In this document: piece after piece, positions 10,098 to 19,992 of the stretch
How positions within the stretch are numbered: the first letter of the stretch is position 1
Layout of the letters: each line of letters begins with the position of its first letter
From: Candidatus Kerfeldbacteria bacterium
GTDB taxonomy: Bacteria; Patescibacteriota; Patescibacteriia; UBA9570; XYC2-FULL-38-9
DNA length: 48,101 nt
Direction: 5' to 3'
Assembly (NCBI GenBank): GCA_043813585.1
Contig: JBDRKW010000002.1
Span: 85,182-133,282, forward strand
The notes under the pieces: generated by a model
The model's input: only the letters and a program-made list of their open reading frames with translations
The model's database searches: none
Told to the model about the DNA's origin: nothing
Position numbers and translations under genes: made by a program

Positions 10098-10223
10098 TTA
10101 ATGTACTGCCAGTAGCGGCGTTGGTTCAATCAGGTAGTAAATGGACCCGATTACTGCTGTCAGAGCGACAAACACGGCGACCAATCGCCAGCAACATTTG
10201 ATGTTTCCGATTATCTTATTCAT
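10098..10223 (-). CDS. Putative 41-aa single-TM small protein in the 23S-5S spacer
   Basis: Manual translation MNKIIGNIKCCWRLVAVFVALTAVIGSIYYLIEPTPLLAVH; upstream TTGCAT-16 bp-TATAAT. Confidence 0.5.
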   Translation of the reverse strand: MNKIIGNIKCCWRLVAVFVALTAVIGSIYYLIEPTPLLAVH

Positions 10224-10436
10224 ACCCAATAAAGGATTATACATCAACGAGTGAAACATGCAAGCCTGTTATAAACAGGTATATATCCACCCTAGAAATA
10301 GGGCAAATACTGCCAACTATGCGTCAAGACCAAATGGCGTATTAGTACTTCTCGGCTTCGCACATCACTGTGCTTCTACCTAAAGCCTATCAACCTGGTC
10401 GTCTTCCAGGAGCCTATGAATCCTAATCTTAGAGAC

Positions 10437-10469
<33 letters not shown>

Positions 10470-10600
10470 AAACCAAAGATCGCTACCCAGCAATGCGGCT
10501 GGTGCCACAACTGGTACACGAGAGCTTTGTTCTTCCCGGTCCTCTCGTACTAGGGAAGAGACTCTTCAAGATTCCATGCCCACAGCGGATAGGAGACCGA

Positions 10601-11366
10601 CAATTCTGTTACTTTTGCAAACCACTTCCGGTACTGTAAGTGCTCTGTGGCGGTGCGATGCGAATCGCACTCTGCATGTCGCCATGCAGTTCGGACTATA
10701 TCTTATCTCGCTTTGCGAGATTCTCACGTATAGTCTCTGAAGATTCTACGATAGAAATCAGATCTTGTTGTTTTGTTGTTCTTCGCCTGCCGTTGTCATT
10801 CATCTTGAATGCCAGCTTCACAATCTGAATCGCTCCGTTCTGCGTTTGATGTTTTCCTTCAGCCATCATCCAAACGATTCTGGCAAATATCTTGAAATCA
10901 TTTGCCTTTGTCGTACGAAGATGCCTCTTTTCGAAGAAAGGAATTATCATTTTATGCAGATCTTCACGATTGCGAACAACATATACATGTGTTCTGTCTG
11001 ATTTGCGGCCACGGTGGTTGATTTTTATGTTTCCACATCGGAAAAACGACTGAATATCCTCAAGGACAAACCTTGAAGACGCGTTTTGCGATATATGGAA
11101 TTCCGGAATGACTTTGAGGCGCGTTTTCATTCGCTCATCTCTATACAGAGCGATATGGAAACTTCCCTCGCCGTCAACCAAACCAACGATATACCATGGA
11201 TCTATCGATCGTAGTCTTTCCTGCTGATTGTCTGCACTCAACACATTGTCACTTGCCATACCTACAGTATAGCAGAGTAGTGTGAGATACTCGAGTCCTC
11301 TATTGTCTCCAATGGACTCTTCAGAGTTTCCAGCAATTGGTGAGATTTTTGGACAGCACGATCTTT
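10601..11366 (-). mobile_element. Group I intron in 23S after U2604 (E. coli numbering), 766 nt, with homing endonuclease
   Basis: Splits CGTGAGACAGT|TCGGTC; the 5' exon ends in U and the intron ends in G; core elements AATCAGCAGG, TCAGAGACTA and GATATAGTCC (P7). Confidence 0.92.
10696..11259 (-). CDS. Single-motif LAGLIDADG homing endonuclease
   Basis: WYIVGLVDGEGSF, PEFHISQ, FFRCG.I, IIPFF...L.T.K..DF..F. Confidence 0.93.
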   Translation of the reverse strand: MASDNVLSADNQQERLRSIDPWYIVGLVDGEGSFHIALYRDERMKTRLKVIPEFHISQNASSRFVLEDIQSFFRCGNIKINHRGRKSDRTHVYVVRNREDLHKMIIPFFEKRHLRTTKANDFKIFARIVWMMAEGKHQTQNGAIQIVKLAFKMNDNGRRRTTKQQDLISIVESSETIRENLAKRDKI

Positions 11367-11410
<44 letters not shown>

Positions 11411-11444
11411 TGGCGAACAGCCAAACCCTTGGGAGCTGCTTCAC

Positions 11445-11477
<33 letters not shown>

Positions 11478-12023
11478 GAACCTGGCCGTCTATGTGGACT
11501 ATTGGGCCAGACTAGCCTGTTATCCCCGGAGTAACTTTTATCCGATGAGCTTCCGCCGTCCTATTTCGTACGGTCGGATCACTAAGTCCTACTTTCGTAA
11601 CTGCGCGACTTGTAAGTCTTGCAGTAAAGCTGGCTTTTGCCTTTACACTATCAGTTCGGTTTCCATCCGAACCTAGCCAACCTTTTTGAACGCCTCCGTT
11701 ACTTTTTGGGAGGCATCCGCCCCAGACAAACTACCCACCAGACACTGTCCCCACTCCAGATTCATGGAGGAGGGTTAGATATAACAATTCACTAGGGTGG
11801 TATCTCATATTGTGACTCCCCTATGGCTAACGCCATAGGATCAACGTCTCCCACCTATACTGAACAAGTAAGCTGGTATATCAATGCCAAGTTGTAGTAA
11901 AGCTTCACGGGGTCTTTTCGTCCTGCTGCGGGTAACCGGCATCTTTACCGGTATTGTAATTTCGCCGAGTCCCTCGTTGAGAGAGTCTCCAAATCGTTAT
12001 GCCATTCGTGCAGGTCGGAACTT

Positions 12024-12366
<343 letters not shown>

Positions 12367-13165
12367 GATTATAGTTATCGCCGGCGTTCATCCGCGCTTC
12401 GGTCAGGAGCTTCGATTCAAATTGAAGCTAACCCCCTTCCTTAACGTTCGGACACTGGCCAGGCATCGGCCCCTATACATCATCTTGCGATTTAGCAGGG
12501 ACCTGTGTTTTTGGTAAACAGTCGCTTGGAGTCTTTCGCTGCGGCCTCTATCTCCGAAGAGACGAGGCAGGCCTTATCCCGAAGTTACGGCCGCTATTTT
12601 GCCGAGTTCCTTAACGAGGGTTCTCTCGTACACCTGAGGATTCTCTCCTCACCTACCTGTGTTGGTTTACGGTACGGATATTCTAAGCCACATGTGACAT
12701 TCTTTTTCTAGGCCCCCTGTCCGGATATCTTGAGGTTGGGTCTCCCCGTCCTCTCGCTCCAGCCGCTTTCACGGTCAAAGGTGCCCCAATCCATTAGGAC
12801 ACACATCCTTTCAGGACGCGTCGGAAGTCACGAAACTTAAAATAGGGATGGAATATTAACCATCTGTCCATCGACTACGCTTTTCAGCCTCGCCTTAGGA
12901 CCGCCTAACCCTGGGTCGATCATCGTTGCCCAGGAAACCTTAGGTTTTCGGTGTCAGTGATTCTCACACTGATTCATGCTACTCATGCCAACATTCTCGC
13001 TTCGCATCACTCCATCGGCCCTCACAGGTCCGACTTCAGCGCGATACGAATGCTCCTCTACCACGCATACCCGAAGGTATGCATCCGCGTCTTCGGTACT
13101 TCATTTAGCCCCGTTAAATTTTCGGCGCAAAGCGACTCGACCAGTGAGCTGTTACGCTTTCTTTA

Positions 13166-13196
<31 letters not shown>

Positions 13197-14855
13197 TTGT
13201 TTGAGTCACAATACTACCTTTCACACTTAATGAAGATTTAGGGACCTTAGACAGCGATCTGGGCTGTTTCCCTTTTGAAACGTGAAGCTTAGCCCCCACG
13301 TTCTGACTCTTGCAATAGTCTCTTCCGGTATTCGGAGTTTGGTTAGGCAGGATATCCGAAGACTCCAGACCCATTCAGTGCTCTACCCCCGGAAGGTAGT
13401 TTGCAAGGCTATGCCGAAACATATTTCGAGGAGAACCAGCTATTGCCGAGTTCGATTGGAATTTCTCCGCTTACCACAGCTCATCCCCTGGCGTTATACG
13501 ACCAGTGGGTTCGGACCTCCCCTACCTGTTACGGCAGGTTCGTCCTGGCCATGGCAAGATCACCCGGTTTCGGGTCTATAACAAACGACAAATATCTATC
13601 CAATAATCGCCCGCTGACTTGGAGCGATTATTAGATAGAAGGCGCGCTATTCACACTCGGTTTCCCTATGACTACTCCCTCTTCGGGATTAATCTAGCCG
13701 TTTGCTATAACTCGTTGGCTCATTCTTCAATAGGCACACCGTCACCCACGCAAGCGCGGGCTCCGATCTATTGTAAGCACATGGTTTCAAAACTATTTCA
13801 CTCCCCTTCCGGGGTGCTTTTCACCTTTCCCTCACGGTACTAGTTCGCTATCGATCATGATACATATTTAGCCTTACCGCATAGTCACGGTGGATTCACA
13901 TAGGGTTTCACGTGTCCCATGTTACTCGAGAGAAAAAACCGTAGAGCGAAATCCCGTTTCGCGTACAGGGCTATCACCTTCTTTGGCCAGGCTTTCCAGC
14001 CTGTTCTACTACGGAAGATTTGCTTTGTACACTCTACCTCAGCTTGCGCTGAACGTTTTAACCTCACTACCCCACAAGTATTAATAACACTCATGGTTTG
14101 GGCTGTTTCCTGTTCGTTCGCCACTACTAAGGAAATACCGATTTGGTTTCTATTCCTCCAGGTACTAAGATGTTTCAATTCCCTGGGTTTGCTTCGCGCA
14201 CCTATGAATTCAGTGCGAGATACTGTGGGTTTGCCACAGTGGGTTGCCCCATTCGGAGATCTCCGGGTCAAAGGTTGCTTGCCACCTCGCCGAAGCTTAT
14301 CGCAGACTGCTACGTCCTTCTTAGCTGTATCATGTCAAGGTATCCACCATATGCTCTTGAGTGGTCTCGACGCAAAGTCGACAGTAATTGTCGCTATGCG
14401 TTGCATGTTGTTTCTTGAGTTATTTTTTGTTGAGAACTAATTAGTTTTTTGGAACTTTTCATTCTCGACGTAATTACATAATTGGACGCATTGAGTTATA
14501 AAACTCAATGTTTCTTGCATGTATTCACTTGTCAATGTTCGTCAGGACAACAGGTGCAACATTATCAGCACAGATCTACCTATTATAGAGGCAGGTCTTT
14601 GATGACAATGGGGTCTATGTATCGGATTCTTGGCTAAAATGAGCGGAAAATTCGTCTCTGCGGTTGAAAAAAGCCGCTTACAAGCGGCCAACGCGACAAT
14701 AAATTGGCGTTTGGCTATGCGCTTGTAGTGTTACTCGTAAGAGTTTCGATGGCGTTCATGATAATTTCGCTAGTTTTACACAGATTTCGGGATAAACATG
14801 TGGAAATCTGCTTCAAACTGTCGGAAAAGGTTCTTATTGATCTTTGCGTTAGCGT

Positions 14856-14884
14856 ATTATACGGGCATTTATAAAAGATGTCAA
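14856..14884 (-). promoter_or_regulatory. Consensus sigma70 promoter for the 23S unit
   Basis: TTGACA-17 bp-TATAAT about 480 nt upstream of 23S; boxA-like GAACATTGACAA near 14529-14540. Confidence 0.85.
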
Positions 14885-14934
14885 ACCCTACTCCATCAAG
14901 ACATTATTTGTGGAAAATGTCCCTTATTCTTCCG

Positions 14935-14962
14935 TTGACGCGGCAGGTTGCCGTGGTACAAT
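14935..14962 (+). promoter_or_regulatory. Probable metK promoter
   Basis: TTGACG-16 bp-TACAAT with extended TGn. Confidence 0.6.
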
Positions 14963-15144
14963 TTCGTCTCCGGAAAAAACGACTGGCCGCCTCCTGGGTT
15001 ACAGGGGCGTTGACTCAAATGTCATCGAGTTGACTACAGTGGTTTCTTTCGGGAGAAGGCAACAGAACAAACACCGCGTGCTGCAAAGCGCGTATTGACG
15101 ATGCCGCGGAATAGGAATCCGCGGACATGCATGGAGGAATCGGT

Positions 15145-16326
15145 ATGATTCGTTATGGTTTGTTCACGTCCGAGAGCGTGACCGAGGGTCACCCGGACAA
15201 GGCATGCGACAAGGTGAGCGACGCGATCCTCGACGCCTGCCTGGCGCTGGACCCGCTGTCACGTGTGGCCTGTGAGACCGGCCTGAAGGCCACCCCGGAT
15301 GACGGCAGCCTGGTCTGCATCCTCGCCGAGATCACCACCAACGCGGACTTCGATCTGACGGACGTTGTCCGGCAGCAGCTCATCGAGATCGGTTACCGGG
15401 ATCCGGAGACCGAGTTCGACGTCACCAACTTCGAGCTGGTGCGGCGACAGATGCGGCAGTCCAACGACATCGCGATGGGAGTGAACGAAGGCGACGGCCT
15501 GCACGATGAGCAGGGCGCCGGTGACCAGGGCATGATGTTCGGTTTCGCCTGCGACGAGACGCCCGAGCTCATGCCGCTCACGATCCACCTGGCGCACCGC
15601 CTGTGCGAGCGGCTGACGCACTGCCGCCGCGAGGAGATCCTGCCGTGGCTGCGCGCCGACGGCAAGAGCCAGGTGACGGTCCGGTACGAGAACGGCAAGC
15701 CCGTCGCCGTGGACACGGTGGTCGTCTCGGCACAGCACGCGCCGGACGTCAGACGCATGGACCTGGAGGACGGCATCACGCTCGAAGTGATCCGCGAGGT
15801 CCTGGGCAGCTGGTTTACGCCGGAGACCAAGCTCCACATCAACCCGACCGGCGCCTTCACCATCGGCGGACCGGCCGGCGACGCGGGCGTGACCGGCCGC
15901 AAGATCATCGTGGACACGTACGGTGGTCACGGTGCGCACGGCGGCGGCTGCTTCAGCGGCAAGGATCCCACGAAGGTGGACCGGTCCGCGGCCTACATGG
16001 GGCGCTACATCGCCAAGAACCTCGTGGCTGCGGGAATCGCCCGCCAGGCGCTGGTGCAGCTCGCCTACGCGATCGGCGTGGCCGACCCGGTCAGCTGCTA
16101 CGTCGACACCTGCGGCACGGCCGGGGACCTGGACGACCGCGACATCGCCGCGGCCGTCATGGAGATCTTCCCGCTCACGCCCGCGGGAATCATCCGGCAC
16201 CTCAGCCTGTGCCGGCCGGTCTACCGCCCGACCGCGGCCTACGGCCACTTCGGCCGCACCGGCGACGCGTTCACCTGGGAGCAGACCAACATGGTCGACG
16301 CGCTCCGCTCGCACTTCAACCTGTAG
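15145..16326 (+). CDS. metK: S-adenosylmethionine synthetase
   Basis: FTSESVTEGHPDK, GAGDQG, GRKIIVDTYGG, GGG.FSGKDPTKVDRSAAY; GGAGG SD before ATG 15145; GC-rich. Confidence 0.97.
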   Translation: MIRYGLFTSESVTEGHPDKACDKVSDAILDACLALDPLSRVACETGLKATPDDGSLVCILAEITTNADFDLTDVVRQQLIEIGYRDPETEFDVTNFELVRRQMRQSNDIAMGVNEGDGLHDEQGAGDQGMMFGFACDETPELMPLTIHLAHRLCERLTHCRREEILPWLRADGKSQVTVRYENGKPVAVDTVVVSAQHAPDVRRMDLEDGITLEVIREVLGSWFTPETKLHINPTGAFTIGGPAGDAGVTGRKIIVDTYGGHGAHGGGCFSGKDPTKVDRSAAYMGRYIAKNLVAAGIARQALVQLAYAIGVADPVSCYVDTCGTAGDLDDRDIAAAVMEIFPLTPAGIIRHLSLCRPVYRPTAAYGHFGRTGDAFTWEQTNMVDALRSHFNL

Positions 16327-16465
16327 CGGACGCCCCGACAACAACAAAATGAACCGCGCAACCGCGTGAGCTGAAGACCTTTAACGGGCGCTCCCTTCGG
16401 CAAATGCGCGAACCGCGGATCATGGCCTGACAAGCGACAACCTATGCTACCGCCCCCCCAGTAGG

Positions 16466-17092
16466 GTGTCGTATGTCAAACCGCCGGACCTTGGCCACCC
16501 GGCACTCTTTTTTTGCATAAATTTTTCCTTCATGTATCATAGAACTACCCTTATTTATAATGAAGAATCTATGAGAAACGAGAGAAAACCTAGCGCTACA
16601 CGGCGTGATGTCGGAGGTGCAGTGCCAGATATGCAACAAACAAACGAGACACATATAATGAAAGGAAAAACGTTCGAACAAGATATTATTTCCGGGGATG
16701 CACCGCCTGATGCGCTTCGCGCATTCTACATTGACGGACAGGATCAAGAATTCAAGAAAAAAACAGACGATTGTTCTCGGTTCGAGCAGGATCTCAACAG
16801 GCTGATAGAACTAAAGCGGCAAAACGCCACCGAAGAAACGAGAGAGCGTATTGAAGATCAAATTACGGAAGCGCTCGGAGCAATCGTAGAAGCCCGCCGC
16901 GCGCTCAAAGAACTGCGCCAGCTTCACGAAAAAATAAAGGCGGAGCTGACTGAATTAAGTGATGAAAAAATTGCTCAAGACGGCAAAGACAGTCCGGTTC
17001 CGACAATTATGAAAAAATATCATCCGGACATAGAACACTTGAACCAGGTACTGTCTGCGGCGATGTTCCTAGGAAAAGAAGAGCTCGAATAA
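16466..17092 (+). CDS. Hypothetical coiled-coil protein (true start probably 16571 or later)
   Basis: Charged heptad-like helices; ends at a bidirectional terminator. Confidence 0.6.
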   Translation: MSYVKPPDLGHPALFFCINFSFMYHRTTLIYNEESMRNERKPSATRRDVGGAVPDMQQTNETHIMKGKTFEQDIISGDAPPDALRAFYIDGQDQEFKKKTDDCSRFEQDLNRLIELKRQNATEETRERIEDQITEALGAIVEARRALKELRQLHEKIKAELTELSDEKIAQDGKDSPVPTIMKKYHPDIEHLNQVLSAAMFLGKEELE

Positions 17093-17102
17093 CGCGTAAT
17101 AG

Positions 17103-17127
17103 AAAAAGCCCTCATCGAGGGCTTTTT
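17103..17127. terminator. Bidirectional intrinsic terminator
   Basis: AAAAAGCCCTC-atc-GAGGGCTTTTT between convergent genes. Confidence 0.85.
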
Positions 17128-17142
17128 GATTTGTGGATAAAC

Positions 17143-18414
17143 TTATTCGTACGACTGCTGGAACATCTCCTTCTCGTCTACCATCTGGAGGTCATCGCTG
17201 GTTCGCCGCTTGAATTCAAATTTATTTTCAGCAAGCGTTTTTTCAGAAACAACAATACGGTACGGAATACCAATCAAGTCATTATCCTTGAACTTCGCAC
17301 CCGGACCCATGTCACGGTCATCAAGCATAACGTCAATCCCGCGTTCCATAAATGAATTGTACAGATGCTCTGCACTCTCCATCACCTGCTTGTCTTTCCC
17401 AACCGGAATGATGTTCACCGTATACGGCGCAACCGATGCCGGCCACACCAATCCCGCGTCGTCGCTCAACACCTCAGCAATCACACCCATCGTCCGAGAA
17501 GGACCAATGCCATAGCATCCCATCACCACTGGATGTTCCTTTCCTTCTTTATCCGTATACTTATATCCGAATGCATCAGAAAAACGCGTACCAAGCGGGA
17601 AAATATTTCCAACTTCCGAAGCGGTCTGCTCTTCAAACTCATCCTTGCCGCATTCTTTACACTTCATGCCCTCTTCAAAAATCTCATCATTATATCCAAC
17701 GCCACAAGCGCATAAATGAATCATATCCTCGCCCCATTTGTTCAACGTCTGGAATTCATGTGAGTACTCATCTGTAAATGCTCCGCCACTCGCATAGGTG
17801 TAGTGTGTTATGTCACCGAGCCCAAGACGATCAAACACAACATGATACGCCTTCGTTGCTTTCTTATAGAATTCCTGACGGTCCTCTTCGGATGCATCAA
17901 ATGAATACATGTCCTTCATCCGAAACTCACGACCACGCAACAGTCCCGACTTCGCCCGTGGTTCATTCCTGAATTTCGTCTGAATTTGATAGACAGAAAA
18001 AGGCAAGTCTTTATACGAACGAGCATGCTTCGCAACTAGTGGGGTGACAGTTTCCTCATGTGTAGGATTCAGTCCGATTTCCTTATCATCCGACGTCGAC
18101 ACCTTAAACAACACATCAAAACTCTCCCATCGGTCAGTCTTTTCCCAAACCTCTTTCGAAGAAAACGCCGGCATCAAAATTTCCTGCCCGCCAATGGCAT
18201 TCATCTCCTCGCGAACAATGTTCTCGATCTTCGTTAGCACGCGCAAACCTAACGGCAGAAACGAATACACGCCCGCCATCTCCTGGTTGATAAATCCGGC
18301 CTGCGTTAGCAGCTTCGCGTTCATGCTGTCCGCATCTTTAGCCGTAGTCTTGCTTGTTTTTGTAAACAATTCTGAAAAACGAATATGCGTAGTGTTAGTG
18401 GTTAACGTCTGCAC
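17143..18414 (-). CDS. proS: Prolyl-tRNA synthetase, short form without insertion/editing domain (start uncertain: GTG 18414 or ATT 18384)
   Basis: PTHEE, YQIQTKFRNEPRAKSGLLRGREF.MKD.YSF, EVGNIF.LG, MGCYGIG..R, DLIGIP. Confidence 0.95.
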   Translation of the reverse strand: MQTLTTNTTHIRFSELFTKTSKTTAKDADSMNAKLLTQAGFINQEMAGVYSFLPLGLRVLTKIENIVREEMNAIGGQEILMPAFSSKEVWEKTDRWESFDVLFKVSTSDDKEIGLNPTHEETVTPLVAKHARSYKDLPFSVYQIQTKFRNEPRAKSGLLRGREFRMKDMYSFDASEEDRQEFYKKATKAYHVVFDRLGLGDITHYTYASGGAFTDEYSHEFQTLNKWGEDMIHLCACGVGYNDEIFEEGMKCKECGKDEFEEQTASEVGNIFPLGTRFSDAFGYKYTDKEGKEHPVVMGCYGIGPSRTMGVIAEVLSDDAGLVWPASVAPYTVNIIPVGKDKQVMESAEHLYNSFMERGIDVMLDDRDMGPGAKFKDNDLIGIPYRIVVSEKTLAENKFEFKRRTSDDLQMVDEKEMFQQSYE

Positions 18415-18441
18415 TATACTGTGCCGCGCTCATTTTTTCAA
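18413..18441 (-). promoter_or_regulatory. Probable proS promoter
   Basis: TTGAAA-17 bp-TATAGT, abutting the IS30 left end. Confidence 0.65.
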
Positions 18442-18442
18442 G

Positions 18443-19508
18443 CTTAGATTCCAACATCTAGCGCAACGATATACAATCGTTGCATATGAAAACAAATACG
18501 ACATATCGCCGCCTCACGATGGATGAGCGGGAAGAAATCAGCAGGCTGCTCGCCACAGGAACGAGCCAGGCGGGCATTGCACGGACGCTCGGACGCAGCC
18601 CGGGCACCGTCAGCCGCGAGATCGCGGGCCGCGGGATGACCGCCGCAACCTACAGGGCCCAAAGCGCCGATTGGCGGTCAGCGCAAGCGCGGAAGAAACA
18701 AGGGGCAAAAAGGAAAATGGAACGATATCCTGCCTTGCGCGCATACGTCCATGAAAAACTGAGGAAACGCTGGTCACCGGAGCAGATTTCCAAACACCTC
18801 ACAGAAGAGTATCCTGATGACATGACAATGCAGATATCTCCGGAAACAATCTATACCTACATCTACGTGCTGCCGCGGGGCCAATTGAAACAGGAGCTCG
18901 TCAAAGCCCTGCGGCAGAAACGGAAACGACGGGGGCAAAGAAAGCGGCTCCGTGGCACAGAGCAGGAAACACGGGGGAAATTGGCTGATATTCTCAGTAT
19001 TGAAGAGCGGCCAAAGGAAGTTGCGGACCGCACCGTGCCGGGGCACTGGGAAGGGGACCTCATCCTCGGCAAGTACAAGCGTACCGCCCTCGGCACGCTG
19101 GTGGAACGCACAACACGGTTTGTCATCCTTGTGCCGCTGAAGACAAAGGACGCCCCGGGCGTCCGGACGGCGTTTGCCGGGAAGATGAAGCAGCTGCCCT
19201 CCTATGTGCGCAAAACCCTGACCTATGACCAGGGAAAAGAGATGAGCCAGCACAAGTTGTTCTCGAAGGGAACCCGGATGAAAGTCTATTTTGCACATCC
19301 CGGCAGTCCCTGGGAACGGGGTACCAATGAGAACACGAACGGGTTGCTCAGGCAATATTTTCCAAAAGGCACGGACTTTTCCACGCTCTCATCCCAGAAA
19401 ATACGCGCAGTACAAGATGAACTCAATGGAAGGCCGCGAAAAACCCTCAATTGGAAAACTCCCCAGGAGAAAATGAATGAGCTGTTGCGCTAGAAACTAG
19501 AATCTAAG
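18443..19508 (+). mobile_element. IS30-family insertion sequence (ends uncertain by about 2 bp)
   Basis: Imperfect IRs CTTAGATTCcaacaTCTAGCGCAAC / GTTGCGCTAGAaactaGAATCTAAG flanking a transposase. Confidence 0.92.
18486..19493 (+). CDS. IS30-family transposase
   Basis: HTH (IARTLGRSPGTVSREI), WSPEQIS, GHWEGDL, TYDQGKEM, SPWERGTNENTNGLLRQYFPK. Confidence 0.96.
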   Translation: MKTNTTYRRLTMDEREEISRLLATGTSQAGIARTLGRSPGTVSREIAGRGMTAATYRAQSADWRSAQARKKQGAKRKMERYPALRAYVHEKLRKRWSPEQISKHLTEEYPDDMTMQISPETIYTYIYVLPRGQLKQELVKALRQKRKRRGQRKRLRGTEQETRGKLADILSIEERPKEVADRTVPGHWEGDLILGKYKRTALGTLVERTTRFVILVPLKTKDAPGVRTAFAGKMKQLPSYVRKTLTYDQGKEMSQHKLFSKGTRMKVYFAHPGSPWERGTNENTNGLLRQYFPKGTDFSTLSSQKIRAVQDELNGRPRKTLNWKTPQEKMNELLR

Positions 19509-19511
19509 CTT

Positions 19512-19534
19512 AAAAAGCCCCGTGGATGGGGCTT
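19512..19534 (-). terminator. Intrinsic terminator after tRNA-Ala
   Basis: AAGCCCC/GGGGCTT hairpin plus T-run on the minus strand. Confidence 0.75.
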
Positions 19535-19545
19535 CAAATGTCGCG

Positions 19546-19618
19546 TGGACTCGAGGAGACTCGAACTCCTGACCCCCTGCATGCAAAGCAGGTGCTCTAC
19601 CAACTGAGCTACGAGCCC
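19546..19618 (-). tRNA. tRNA-Ala(TGC)
   Basis: CCTGC-TTTGCAT-GCAGG anticodon arm; G3.U70 pair. Confidence 0.96.
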
Positions 19619-19647
19619 ATAAGCGTGCAAAATTGCACCGGAGCAGT

Positions 19648-19878
19648 TTACCCTCTTGCGAAGATCCAGTCAAGTATGCCGAAGGCCGCACCGCTCATAA
19701 TGAAGAAAGCCAGAAGAATAAGTGCGAGGCCTACGACTTTCCAAAACGTCCACGTGCCACCGGACCCAAACTTGTCTTCTGCCCATGAAATCTTACCCAT
19801 CATGCGGATCATCGACTCCGTCTTCCAGATGACAAAGACACCGAATGCAATCATTATGACCCCAATAACATATTTCAT
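19648..19878 (-). CDS. Small two-TM membrane protein
   Basis: MKYVIG...WAEDKFGSGGTWTFWK.VG..., 76 aa. The upstream part of the 135-aa ORF overlaps another gene. Confidence 0.7.
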   Translation of the reverse strand: MKYVIGVIMIAFGVFVIWKTESMIRMMGKISWAEDKFGSGGTWTFWKVVGLALILLAFFIMSGAAFGILDWIFARG

Positions 19879-19992
19879 ACGGCGTTTATTGTACCTGTTT
19901 TTCGTTCGTTTGCCTAGATTGACCGACGGCAATATGTCGTGTATATAAAGCATGCAACGGTCAACCAACCTCTGGACATGGAGGAGGAGAAT

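Noticed and set aside
15259-16369. Long alternative-frame and antisense ORFs over metK (362, 249, 174, 148 aa)
   Set aside because: Shadow ORFs caused by high third-position GC; MetK motifs fix the real frame.
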